The translations under genes and the position numbers were made by a program. DNA of 64,000 bases, from contig NC_068981.1 of the NCBI RefSeq assembly GCF_001194135.2, positions 86,590,751-86,654,750 of the forward strand. Direction: 5' to 3'. Below the pieces are notes generated by a model. That model was not told where the DNA came from, searched no databases, and saw only the letters and a list, made by a program, of their open reading frames with translations. This document shows, one piece after another, positions 12,517 through 24,604 of this stretch (position 1 is its first letter; the number at the start of each line of letters is the position of its first letter). The stretch is from Octopus bimaculoides. Taxonomy: Eukaryota.

Positions 12517-14697
12517 ATGTATAAAACATATACAGACACATGTATATGTGCACGTATGTGTTTCTCATAAGCAAATGATAAATTGCTCATTAAATTATTG
12601 AGTATAATTATGTATTGAATGCAGCTAGTAGCTTTTGGATTGGTAGTTAGAATTTTATGAAGTGTGCATCATGTGCAACTTGAAGTGCAAATACAAAAGG
12701 TACGAACTGCATACTATATATATTGTGGTTATTGGTAGCTTCAGAACCTAATAGTGACATGCTATTTTTAATCTCCAGCTGGGAATTGTCAGACTGAGAA
12801 TTCCCAGCCCAGAATGAAACTGCTGGTCACTATGAGGGAGTGAACTTTGGAATTTCCATAAAAAGAATGTTTACTCAACAAAGCAATAGAGTTCTCTTTT
12901 TCTTAGTGATAGTAATACACAGTACATGATAATTACTTTTCTTTGTATGTTTACACACACATGCATGTATGCACACACATATACATATATGTTTGAATCC
13001 TGCAGGAAATGTTACAACTTTGATTTGATTTTAGATACATATGTATATTAGGAGCAACAAATGAGAGAAAAATTAGAATATTTATTTAAGTTCCTTGGCT
13101 GAAAGAAGACAGTTTTACCTGGCAGTCTGCAAAACTGTCATGACTCTCATGCAAGGACACTGCCAGTGTTGTGTTACTTGACCAAATTGTGTGTGTGTGT
13201 GTGTGTGTGTATACACACACACACGCATATATANNNNNNNNNNNNNNNNNNNNNNNNNNNNNNNNNNNNNNNNNNNNNNNNNNNNNNNNNNNNNNNNNNN
13301 NNNNNNNNNNNNNNNNNNNNNNNNNNNNNNNNNNNNNNNNNNNNNNNNNNNNNNNNNNNNNNNNNNNNNNNNNNNNNNNNNNNNNNNNNNNNNNNNNNNN
13401 NNNNNNNNNNNNNNNNNNNNNNNNNNNNNNNNNNNNNNNNNNNNNNNNNNNNNNNNNNNNNNNNNNNNNNNNNNNNNNNNNNNNNNNNNNNNNNNNNNNN
13501 NNNNNNNNNNNNNNNNNNNNNNNNNNNNNNNNNNNNNNNNNNNNNNNNNNNNNNNNNNNNNNNNNNNNNNNNNNNNNNNNNNNNNNNNNNNNNNNNNNNN
13601 NNNNNNNNNNNNNNNNNNNNNNNNNNNNNNNNNNNNNNNNNNNNNNNNNNNNNNNNNNNNNNNNNNNNNNNNNNNNNNNNNNNNNNNNNNNNNNNNNNNN
13701 NNNNNNNNNNNNNNNNNNNNNNNNNNNNNNNNNNNNNNNNNNNNNNNNNNNNNNNNNNNNNNNNNNNNNNNNNNNNNNNNNNNNNNNNNNNNNNNNNNNN
13801 NNNNNNNNNNNNNNNNNNNNNNNNNNNNNNNNNNNNNNNNNNNNNNNNNNNNNNNNNNNNNNNNNNNNNNNNNNNNNNNNNNNNNNNNNNNNNNNNNNNN
13901 NNNNNNNNNNNNNNNNNNNNNNNNNNNNNNATATATATTATCATTATTGCTTCTGGTGTTTTCTAAAGTGCATGTGCAGAAGTTTACTGTCATTTCTTCT
14001 CATTTATTCTCACACTTCCTTTGCCATTTGCAGACCACATTTATGATCAATCACTGCAAACTTTATTTAAGAACAGGATATAGTCTGTAGTGTACGCTTG
14101 CATATCACTGCCTGAGGAATATGTGTTTGCATGTGTACAAGTGCATATACACATATGGTGTATGTTTACACAAACAGATGTATACACATACGAGACATTC
14201 AATACATATGATCCAATTTCTTTAACTTAATAAAATGTAACTATATATGTATAAGACTCCACTGAAACATAATTTTGAATATAAGTATATAACTTAGGGT
14301 TATTGATTTATATATATATATATTTATTTATATTTGCACCTTGAGTGGCATATTACTGATGATTTTTGACAGTAATCTATATGTAGATTGATCAATATTC
14401 AACCATTGTAGGTAGAATTTTACTAAATGTGTTCATTCTGGCTTAAAAATATATTTACGTGTGAAATAGCTTTTGAATTACTAATTAGTGTGTTTGAAGT
14501 GTCTAACATAGTTTTGTTTTGTGCTCTTCACACAAGTAACATAAATTTTATTTTTGACTGTTAATCAGCTTTAGCTTCTTGTGAAACAGATTGATATCTG
14601 TAAGGGTTCATGAATAAATTTCTAAATGCGATTACACTATTTGATACAGCTGATATTTCTGTTATTAAGCATGAAGATTACTTGTCAATTTCCACTG

Positions 14698-14758
<61 letters not shown>

Positions 14759-15422
14759 ATACATACAAATATATGTATATATGCATACAAGTCCAACCCA
14801 TGCCAGCATGGAAAACACATGTTAAAGGATGTTGATGATGATGATGATACATATGTACATAAATATATATACATATGCACACACACACACACACACATAT
14901 GTACATATACATACACACACACATATATACAAAATGGTGATTTTTTTTTTTTGAGCAAAGAGTAGATTGTGTATCCTTTGTGTATGAAGTGCAATGTTTC
15001 ATGGTAGTGAGAGATGGAATCCAAATACAGAAGAGGAAAGAAGGTTGAAGAGAGATGAAGCAAATGTGCTTTACGCAATGTGTAATGTTCGGTGTGTAAG
15101 AGCAATGTGGCATAGAGGAACATAAAAAAAAAAAAAACTAGTTAAAAAGAAAGGTAACTGCATTACTAGAAACATTCAATGTGTATGGAGGATAACACAT
15201 GGGTAAAAGTGTGCCAGGAATTCCAAGTGGAAGGTAATTATAAAAGAGGAAAACCAATAGTGTCATGGCCAGAAATGATGAAAGCTGATCTTGAACTGCA
15301 CAAAAGTGATTTAAAAAGCATGCAACTAATTGTGAAATGAAGTGTTGGGGAGGACTTATCCAACCATAGGAATGCGGACATAATGATGATACATATGAAT
15401 TTACACATACATACAAACACAC

Positions 15423-15466
<44 letters not shown>

Positions 15467-15978
15467 TGTGTAGCTTTGCTATTCTGCTGCTCAGATAAAA
15501 ACTGAAACTTGGAATTTACTTGCATAATAATGCCTGCTTGTAACACTTCAGGGCTTTCATATTACTGTAGCCAAGTTTCATGTGATAAAGCAGAAATAAA
15601 TATTTGAGTCAAATATGAAGACATTGCAAATGAAGGATATGAACAGACTAATAGATACATCTAAATATAATAATGTGTGTATTTAATGCATGCACTTGTA
15701 GATATAAAGACACACACATCTGTCTATGTCTGTCTGCCTGGCTTTCTATCTAGTCATATATATCTATATCTGTATACACACACATTCATGTGTACAGTTA
15801 ATCAACATTCTAAATGTATGTTTAATATTAAACATATGTTAATTCAAATTTGTTTAAGAGATTCATTCACATACATCTAATGTCATAGTACTATAGTTAC
15901 AGAAATATATAGATGTGGTATATATGCATTCATATGCATATGATTTACAGATAAATTATATATGTATTTATGGAAGAG

Positions 15979-16031
<53 letters not shown>

Positions 16032-16379
16032 AATTAAAAGAAATCATAGATAAGTAAAAAAAAAAAAAAAAATTGCCATACCTATACAATTTTTAGATGT
16101 TTCTAATTGGATTAATTTTACTTATGTTGGTCTGTTCTTGGAAAAGCCATACATATCATGCAACCATTTCAAATGATAGGCTTCATAGAATGAAATCATA
16201 AGCTTTAATATTATTACATACATATATACATACATATATATATGATATGCATATATGTATACATATATAACATTGTAATTATAGATTTTGTCTTTAAGTT
16301 ATAAATCAAAAATTATTAAAAATAATTTTTAATATAGATAGTTTTAACACTACTAATTGATTTATATTTGTATAAGTTT

Positions 16380-16788
16380 TATTGAAAACAAGCCAAATTA
16401 TCACAGTCTGTCAGCACAAACTTATGCAAAGATGCTAACACTACATCTGTACTTAGGTTGGGGAGGTGACATCATCTCATTCTACTTCCTTCCCCAGCAT
16501 ATTTATCTACTACTATATTTGCCAGCCTATAAGATGCACCCCTATTTTACAAGTAGATTTTGTGGAAAAAAACAAACAAACAAACAATGTAATAAGTTTC
16601 ATGAAGTACAGGAGAAATTGTATGTATACTGACTGCTGCTATAGTTTTGTTGTCATCTACTCATTTCAAATAGCTGACAGGCAGATGGAAGTTTAACATA
16701 CCATTCAAGTTTCTGGGAGAATTCATTTAGATAATTAAAAGATGTTTCTTAAAGGTAATATATCCATTAACTAATGTAAGACATATAT

Positions 16789-16831
<43 letters not shown>

Positions 16832-16965
16832 GTATAGGATAAATATGCTGGGGAAGGAAGTAGAATGAGATGATGTCACCTCCCCAACCTAAGTACAGAT
16901 GTAGTGTTAGCATCTTTGCATAAGTTTGTGCTGACAGACTGTGATAATTTGGCTTGTTTTCAATA
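16380..16965. repeat. Perfect 128-bp inverted repeat (16380-16507 / 16838-16965)
   Basis: Base-by-base reverse-complement identity from tattgaaaacaagcc...cagcatatttatc to gataaatatgctg...ggcttgttttcaata, with a 330-bp spacer that contains an (AT)n tract. Confidence 0.95.
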
Positions 16966-17133
16966 TTTTATTATTAGTAACAATTATTGTACCTAGCGGA
17001 CTTATGCTTATCTAGTTCCCTAGACTACAATACTGGCCTCCTCTCATAATAGAGATATGGTTGCATTAGATGTAAGGCAATGTTTTGATACATTCAATAA
17101 AGTGAAAAGCCTTTTATATGCTGGCAAATACAG
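16513..17133. mobile_element. Tc1/mariner(pogo)-type MITE or paired TIR remnants with TA TSD
   Basis: TA|ctatatttgccagcctataag ... tttatatgctggcaaatacag|TA gives 21-bp TIRs with 3 mismatches. Confidence 0.5.
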
Positions 17134-17808
17134 TAAACATATAGAATGTCTGTTTGCACGTGTGTGAGTGTGTGTGTTGCATGTAGGTGGGTTTGCTTGT
17201 GCACATTCATTAAGGCAAAATATTTTTGAATGCAAGATTTTAGTATTGCATAAATTATTTGAATGTGTATATTTTGGGAACATGTTAGTCAAATGGAAAT
17301 GAAATTGTCTAGAAATAGAATATGTTTACATAATAGTGCACATATGCAAAGAAAATATCCAACAACAAAAGCAACAAAGAAAACTTGTTAATAGAGTGTT
17401 AACAAATATAATTAAGTATATTGGGTATGAAGTTGTTTGTGCATTAGAAATATTAATAATCCATTATTGAATACTTTAAGTGACTGAGATATCATTTGTG
17501 CTTGTCAAAAAAAAGAAATTGTAGCTACCTTGTGGAAAGAATTTGTTAGTTTGTTTGATTACAGAGGTTACACAAAAGGAAAAGTTTGTCTCTAAATCTA
17601 TTACAACAGTGTTAGATTCTAAAAGAATTACCAGCCAGGAAGTAAGTTCTTGTAAAATGTTTGTTTAACTTTGACTATGTTCCTATTTCAAGTTCGAAAC
17701 ATTTTCCATAATGCATTCCAAACAATTATTTTGGTGGATATTAGTTATTATAGTTCTGAGAAGGAAGTTTTGGAAAATCAAGTAATTTTGGATGAAATTC
17801 TGACTCTC

Positions 17809-18381
17809 TTAATCATTGTGATTAAATGAATTTTTTATGGACATATTTTGATATAGCTTTGTCTGTAATATATGCTTGTATAATTTTTCTTGAAAGATAT
17901 GTTGGTATTCTTTTACAAGGAAAAGTTCATCACAGGAGTTATACTTTTGAAAATTTATAAAGGTACACTCTTTTTGGCTTTTTAGTTGTTTTGATAAATT
18001 TTGTTCTTGCTTCAAAAGCAGTAACTGCAATTGTTCTCTTTGTAAATATTCTTTGTATAGGCACGAATCAAAAACATTTTGATTCAGTTTCTTTTGCAAA
18101 AGCAGCTGGAACTGGCTTCTCCTCAAGTGTTCTTGATAATATTTCCGTAGATTTTGTTCATGAAGATGTTGCTTTTGATAATGCTCATGATAATAAGTCC
18201 CTTTTAAATGTTCTCTTAGTTGCCTTTGAAGCAAAAGATCTTGGTAAAATTTTCTCAGAAGTTGCTCCTTTTGATATCTTCTCTGCAGGACATGGCGATA
18301 ATATTCCCTTTGAGATATTTCATAGCTTAAATCTCGAACAAATTTCTCGACAGTGCGTATATCAATATCATTTGATACCAT
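17809..18381 (-). CDS. Orphan 190-aa Gln/Glu/Leu/Tyr-rich, probably coiled-coil ORF (gene exon or pseudogene core)
   Basis: 190 open codons in very AT-rich DNA with imperfect internal repeats (YQKEQLLRKFYQDLL / YQKQHLHEQNLRKYYQEHL / YKEYLQREQLQLLL). It overlaps a 133-codon upstream frame (18327-18728), and the same frame continues downstream with few stops to about 17476. Confidence 0.5.
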   Translation of the reverse strand: MVSNDIDIRTVEKFVRDLSYEISQREYYRHVLQRRYQKEQLLRKFYQDLLLQRQLREHLKGTYYHEHYQKQHLHEQNLRKYYQEHLRRSQFQLLLQKKLNQNVFDSCLYKEYLQREQLQLLLLKQEQNLSKQLKSQKECTFINFQKYNSCDELFLVKEYQHIFQEKLYKHILQTKLYQNMSIKNSFNHND

Positions 18382-19006
18382 TGTTGCAAAACAGTATACA
18401 GTAAGGGTTTTCTGTGAATTTTACTTCGCAAATAAATGATTTTAAGAGAGTCTTTCATGGAATAGTGAAAATAATATGCATGTATTTGCATGGAAAGATG
18501 AAAAATATTCTTAAAAAATAATTCGCAAAATAATGATGGAGATTCAAAAACATGATTCATTATATTTCTGAAACAACTGTTGGTTAGGAATTTGAAATCT
18601 ATTATATTTCCTGGGGAAGATTTTAATTGATACATAGTTTTTAAATAGTATGAATTGTGCAGTAAACATAGGCATATTTTAGGAAATGATTTTAAGAAAT
18701 CAGTCACATCAAACAATAATCTTACCATAATTTATAAAACCAGAGAAAAAAGAACTATGTTATACAGTTCCACAAAGCTAATCAGACTGCATGGTTATAT
18801 ATAAAAACATTTATATATGTATATGTGTGTGTGAAATAGACATGCATATAGTTGCAACATCATGACACCAACACTTATTTACGTACATGCAAAGATATAT
18901 CTATACTCAAGTGTTAAATGGTCTACATAACTATGTGTAAAAAAATGTACATTCCCCTCTATTGTTTATGTACATGAGTAAGAATATATACATATTTGAA
19001 TAGTAG

Positions 19007-19141
19007 AAATACAATGATGTAAGACTTTTTACTCATCATCAACTTCTCCATTGTAAAGGTAACAGAAGAGCAGTGGTACATAAGCTGGGCTTTCACCTGA
19101 CTGATTGGAAGGAAATCAGAAACTATTTGATTGTTTGCCAG
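19007..19141 (+). CDS. Candidate 135-nt phase 0-0 exon of an unidentified gene
   Basis: tttgaatagtag|AAATAC...TGCCAG|gtatga encodes KYNDVRLFTHHQLLHCKGNRRAVVHKLGFHLTDWKEIRNYLIVCQ. In-frame stops lie immediately outside both splice sites. Confidence 0.35.
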
Positions 19142-20195
19142 GTATGAAAACAATTTAAACGTGATTTTCAGTGCAAGATGGATTAATGACTTGCTGCTAG
19201 GCATTATTTGTAGGTATTTATGCAAGTAGGGTGATTATATGTTATATGTGTATACACATATACATAAACATGTAGAGGCACACACACACACACACATACA
19301 TACACATAAACATACATACACATATACACATACACAAACATATGTGCACTAATTTTATGGAAGGATAAATGTGCTTTTAATTTTCAAAATGTGATTTGAA
19401 TAACAGAGAGATATGGTGACTATACAGGTGAAGCACCTGTGTGATCAAGTTACTGAACAAGTGGGTTATTGTTCTATATTTTTGTTTTAGTCTACTTAGA
19501 TGCTTGGTTTTAAACACAAGATTCTGCTATAAAAAAAATTGCATTAACAATTTCTAATTATTTGGACACTTATAGAATCTTCAAAGCTGTGCTAGAATGA
19601 TGAAAAAGCAATAACAAGTTATAGACTAACAGTAAAATTTGATATAATTTATGGAGTAATTCATGGAAACAACATAACATAAAATAATACATAAAATAAT
19701 ACAAATGTTTCTATCAAAGCTTACTATTGTCTTAATTGTTAATACATCTTAAAGAACTGAAATACTATACACTACTCTTGAGTTCTTGATCATATAAAAA
19801 TAGATTGGATGTCAAAACAGATGTAACATGCTTCAATTGATTGGTAAAAAAAAACTAGTAAAACATAATGGAGCCTCTATGTTGTTACTTGATCTACTAG
19901 AAATAGCAGCTAAATTTCCCTAACATGACACTGTACTGTCATGAAAAAGTAAATGATACACAGGATAATATATTTCTAAACACCCTTAAAAAGACAGGCT
20001 GGACTGCCTTTGATCATAGGTCTGCTTGATTAAGGCTAACCTGGGACTAAACAACAACAAGGTGTAAATAAAGTAACAGTCATATTGTAATAAATACCAT
20101 GTCTTACACATCAAAAATCTGTTCAGATCAACAACACTTAAAAAAAATCTTGTAACAGAAAATAATCCCAGCCACAAGAGAGAGAGAGGGAGAGG

Positions 20196-20242
<47 letters not shown>

Positions 20243-20399
20243 ACACACACACACACACACACACAAAGTGCATTGGCAATGGTGGTTCATCTGTTAAAAA
20301 ATATCAATTTTGGTTATTGCTGTTTGATTTGTTAAGAATTTTTATTTTTTGTATCTCATTTTGCTTTTCATCTATTCTGGGTTTCAAGTGCATTTACAC

Positions 20400-20492
20400 C
20401 TTCATCATCATCATCGTTTAACGTCTGCTTTCCATACTGGCATGGGTTGGATGGTTTGACTGAGGTCTGGAGAGCTAGCAGCTGCACCAGGC
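20400..20492 (-). mobile_element. Family A RTE-related tail (5'-truncated)
   Basis: ttcatcatcatcatcgtttaacgtctgctttccatactggcatgggttggatgg...gcaccaggc. Confidence 0.75.
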
Positions 20493-20699
20493 TTGTATAC
20501 ACTAATCATTAGCTTCCACATGCAAAACTGACTTAGTATTCTTAACAACAACAAAAAGTGTCTACAAGATTTGCAAATTTTTCTTATCTGTGATTATTCA
20601 AATATATATATAATGTTTTGCGCACTGTATGGCCTGCAAGCTCTTTTGATTTCCACATTACAACTTGGCTTTCTGGTCCCTTGAAAAGTGGATCTCAAA

Positions 20700-21900
20700 A
20701 AACTTAAAGGTTCTTCCTCTTACTCCTGCTCCCAAACCAAGCATTTGGGGGTTCTTAATGAGTGTTTGAAGTTAAACTATTGGCTTTGCTTCAAACACTA
20801 CACACTTGCAGTGAAACCTCTTAAACTCTCCTCCTTCAATCCACCAGTCTCATCGTTATGCAAACACAGTCACCATTTTCAAAAACATCTCTGATTGCTC
20901 TGACTTCCTCCCCCAGTTATCTTCTGTTATCCTTAAACTGTATTCCACCACTTGCTTCTATCTTGTCCAAATCCTTCAATTTTTCTCTTGTCAAAGGGAT
21001 CTTTAGAAATATGCCACAGTGTGTTTCCAGTCCCCAAAAAACCAATCTTGCAAAGATGATAGAGATAGTTGCAATGAGCAACCTATTTCTCACTTTAAAT
21101 CTGTTTTCCTTGACTGATTAGCATGGTTTCTGTAGAGATCATAACTACAGGAGACATGCTTTTCTTCCTTACATACTAATGGCCTCTCACTCTTGAGAAG
21201 AATTTTGGTGAAAGGAAGATTGTCATTCTTGGCATCAGAAAAACCTTCAGCATTATCAAGAATGGTGCTCTCCTAGTTAAGTTCCTGGCCTGTGGCCCCC
21301 ATCTGCCTCTCATCTCTAGGATCAGAAGTTTCTTTTCAAACTACTCCAGTACAATGTTTGATGGTGGTGTTCTGTTTGATGCAGTTCCATAAGCTATAGA
21401 AAAGCCTAAGTTTTGCTTATGTTATTGAGATTTTTTCTTCTACATTAAATGATCTACTTTTGTTATATAAACACACATGCCAGCATATCTTTCTACATAC
21501 AGTTGCATATACAACATAGAAATCTCAAGCACTGATTCCATGAATAGAAACATTTTGAAAACATCCTACAATGGGGTCAACATAATCTAGGCTCATTCAA
21601 CAGCATCAGGCACATTTGTCAAACTCTTATATTTTCCACCCTCCTTACACATGAACAACTCACAATTAAATTCCTCAAAGTTGATGGCTTCATAATCCCT
21701 GATAATCTTTCACAGTAACCTTACATATATTGCATTGTCAAAACTATCTCAAAGACTAAGTTTCCTCTTCACATTTAGAAAACACTTCAGTCTTATCAAC
21801 AGTTGACCCTCTACAAAGCTCAAGGTTAACATTAAAGTACTGTTTGCATAACTAGTAATGATGCTGCCAATACATATAAATCAGCCAAAAGAAAGTCAGG
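20700..21900 (+). mobile_element. Ancient CR1/L2-like LINE RT remnant
   Basis: Fragmentary RT motifs: *HGFC at about 21120, VILGIRKTFS..LLVKFLACG (ancestral LDISKAFD..LL.KL..G), RIRSFFS, and YINDL-like at about 21440. Many stops and frameshifts. Confidence 0.5.
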
Positions 21901-23028
21901 CTCACCAATGTGTACTTCTCTCATTATCGCTGTATTTCAACCTCCAGATATCACAATAAAAACTTTCCCCAATCATTCCACCCCAGAACTGGAAATCTCT
22001 CCCATCAGTTTTTCCTGTACACATCCCTCTACAGACATTCAAAATGAAAATTAATAGTAGTGATTGCACCAGACTATGAGGTCATGACTGCAAAGGTCAT
22101 GAGTACTGTTCCTTTTCCTCTAACAGAAAGGAAGAGAGAGAGAAAGAGGGAGAAAATACACTCAATTAGTTTATTCAACCATAATTTCTCTTACATTTCA
22201 ATGTCCTACATAATTCTTCCACATACTTAACTTTCTTTCTTGACCTTTTAATTGTCTTGTCATGAATTCAATGCTCTTTTCTTTTCCTTTTATTTTGTTT
22301 CAAATAATTCAGTCTATCAGAGACCTCAAGCTATAAGTCTGATATCATTTCCCCTATTACACACAATAATTCCTTACCTTAACATATTTCTGCTTGTGTT
22401 GATAACTAGTATTGATTATTTTAACCCATTAGAAGATGCTTAAAGTTATTAATATATTTCCTACATCTATTCTTAGTCAGTCCCTATAAACCCCAATTGA
22501 AGTAAATAATTTCCGTTTACTCTAGATTGCATAAGCATTTAAAAGGTCATTCCTGTCAGTTATGACTATTTTCTGTGTCAGCAGGTACAGTGTTAATCCA
22601 AATAAAGATAATTACTTTGATTAGCAGTCACAAGAAATTTCTGAATTTCATACAACTAGTGCTAAAGATTTTTCTGTTATTTGACTCTTTGTTATAGGAT
22701 ACAGCTTCATTGATTTTTTGGTGTTCTGTAGCAATCAAAAAATCCCTAACTAGGAAATAATTCTACATAGCAGACTTAGTTTGCTTTTAGCTTCATTCTA
22801 CTATGGCTGTACTCATATTATTAGAACCTAGTTAGTTTTCTTTCAGTTATACTTATCAAATTACTCATCAATTACTTTTTGCATTTAAATATAGAGCATC
22901 TTCACAATATGTGTAATTCTTTTATGTAACAGGTTTCTAGACATGTTAAATGTTGGTTTTCAAATTAGGATAATTTTATAAATTTCTGAATAGGCCTTGT
23001 TTAAGAAAACAATACACTGTGAAAACAT

Positions 23029-23143
<115 letters not shown>

Positions 23144-23469
23144 AAATTAAATAATGAGGGTAGAAATTGATATTAATCAATTAAAACCAGTGGCTTAGCA
23201 TATTTAAAAAGTCCGAAGATTAAAAATTATATTACATACAAAATTAAAAGGAATGACCACCAAAGTGGATTCCTAATATGCTAAAGATAGACGTCAAATC
23301 GCCTTACCATGAAGAGTGTATTCTCAAGAAAATTTCAGCAAATGCCAGAATGTAAAAATAAGCAAGACAATAAAAATATACGAAATAAAAAAAACGATTA
23401 CCTACGTACCAATGGTTTTGTTTGTTAATATTTACGAATGTAATTATCTGCAATCTCATCAGCATAGTC

Positions 23470-23979
23470 TGTCACTTACAAAACACAATTTCCAGAACTA
23501 GACACAGAATGCTCACCCGGCCTCACCATACCAAAATGAAAACATTTGAAAGATATCCCCAAATATAATTTGCAGAACTTTATACATGCTCTCTTTTGGG
23601 TGAGCATAGCAAGGATGGCACATGTGAATGACGAAGCCACCTTGAGCATAATCCTATGTACCAAAAAATAAAAAGAAGGGGAAAAAGAGAATCACTCACT
23701 GTAATGCATTTTTTTGCATGACATTATTGCCCGAGGTTACTGTGGTCTTTTCCTTAGTCTTTTCTTTCAATGGATAAACCTAATCTGTTTCCCCTTTTTA
23801 CACTATGACAATTCTGTGATACACGATCCCTACTGATCGGCCTTCTTTTTTTTTTTTACGATCCCTTTTGATCAAATTTCTACCCCACCTTTTTTTCCTT
23901 CTTCTCTTCCCAAAAAGAAAAGCTCTACTTTATATTTTGTCCCCTCTGTGTTCAGCCCTCTGTGGTCAATAAAGAAACA

Positions 23980-23985
<6 letters not shown>
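23470..23985 (+). mobile_element. Tx1/L1-like LINE 3' end with (ATCT)n tail
   Basis: C-terminal ORF remnant (..WVSIARMAHVNDEATLSIIL*) and a 3' UTR ending ccctctgtggtcaataaagaaac. The same end is seen reversed at 57447-57560. Confidence 0.5.
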
Positions 23986-24010
<25 letters not shown>

Positions 24011-24018
24011 ATATTCTT

Positions 24019-24604
24019 ATATTATTATAAAATCTGGTAATTAGTCATATATTAATTAATATCGAATAATTATCAGGAGGCCAGCACATCTAAAGAATCA
24101 AAGAGATTCAGAAATATTATCTGCAATCTCAGGGGATTAAGGTACATTTTAAAAAATAACGTCGACCACTAACGTGGACAGTTAATGCGCTAGAAATAGA
24201 TCACATCTTGTGTCTATTAAGACCTAAATTGTTCTCAACATGAAATATAGCAGCATACCAAAAACGTGAGTGAGCAAGACATTTAAAATCACCTAAAAAA
24301 GCATTATTAAACAGGAATTAGTTTCGGATTTAACAAATTCTTACCATTTGTCTATTCCTCATCAACCTGATTTGTAATGTAACCGCAATCATCAGAATCG
24401 TATACAGAGTTGCCCACCGCCATGGGTGCGCGTGCATATGGTTCTGCTAATTACAGCTTAATGGTAAAATTCAAAAGTCTTCGTTTTGGCGCGCTAATTC
24501 CAGGAATATATCCGCAGAAAATATTTACTGCGTCTTATATATTCAGTATGAGAACATGAGTAATGGGTAAAATATTATTATAAAATCTGGTAATTAGTCA
24601 TATA
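24019..24604 (-). mobile_element. 553-bp non-coding unit with 33-bp terminal redundancy and hammerhead fold: Penelope pLTR / retrozyme-like element
   Basis: atattattataaaatctggtaattagtcatata is identical at 24019-24051 and 24572-24604. A hammerhead fold lies at 24302-24379. There is no long ORF. An inverted, junction-spanning partial copy lies at 24604-24794. Confidence 0.65.
24302..24379 (-). ncRNA. Type I minimal hammerhead ribozyme-like motif (U3 variant)
   Basis: CATTAC AAAT CAGG-UUGAUGA-GGA ATA GACAAAT GGTAAGA ATTTGTT AAA TCC-GAAA-C TA A TT-CCTG TTT AA TAATG. Stems I and II pair, and stem III ACTAAT is one change from the palindrome ACTAGT. Confidence 0.6.

Noticed and set aside
13095-13160. 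CTGAAAGA..AGAC/GTCT..GCAAAACTGTC hammerhead-like string
   Set aside because: Both core halves need indels, and a simple 9-bp hairpin GACAGTTTT/AAAACTGTC explains the symmetry.
9558-14090. Long ORFs (250-430 aa) in the ORF track, also at 25.0-25.9, 39.4-40.2 and 43.1-43.6 kb
   Set aside because: They are artefacts of translating through N gaps and flanking (TA)n/(CA)n tracts.
17991-18404. 137-aa plus-strand ORF
   Set aside because: Best explained as the antisense shadow of the repetitive minus-strand ORF 17809-18381.
23296-23350. Possible decayed hammerhead (catgaaga-gtg tatt ctc-aagaaa) in a 23145-23460 repeat fragment that shares attatctgcaatctc with the 553-bp unit
   Set aside because: Too many changes are needed in the core and stems to support it without a family consensus.
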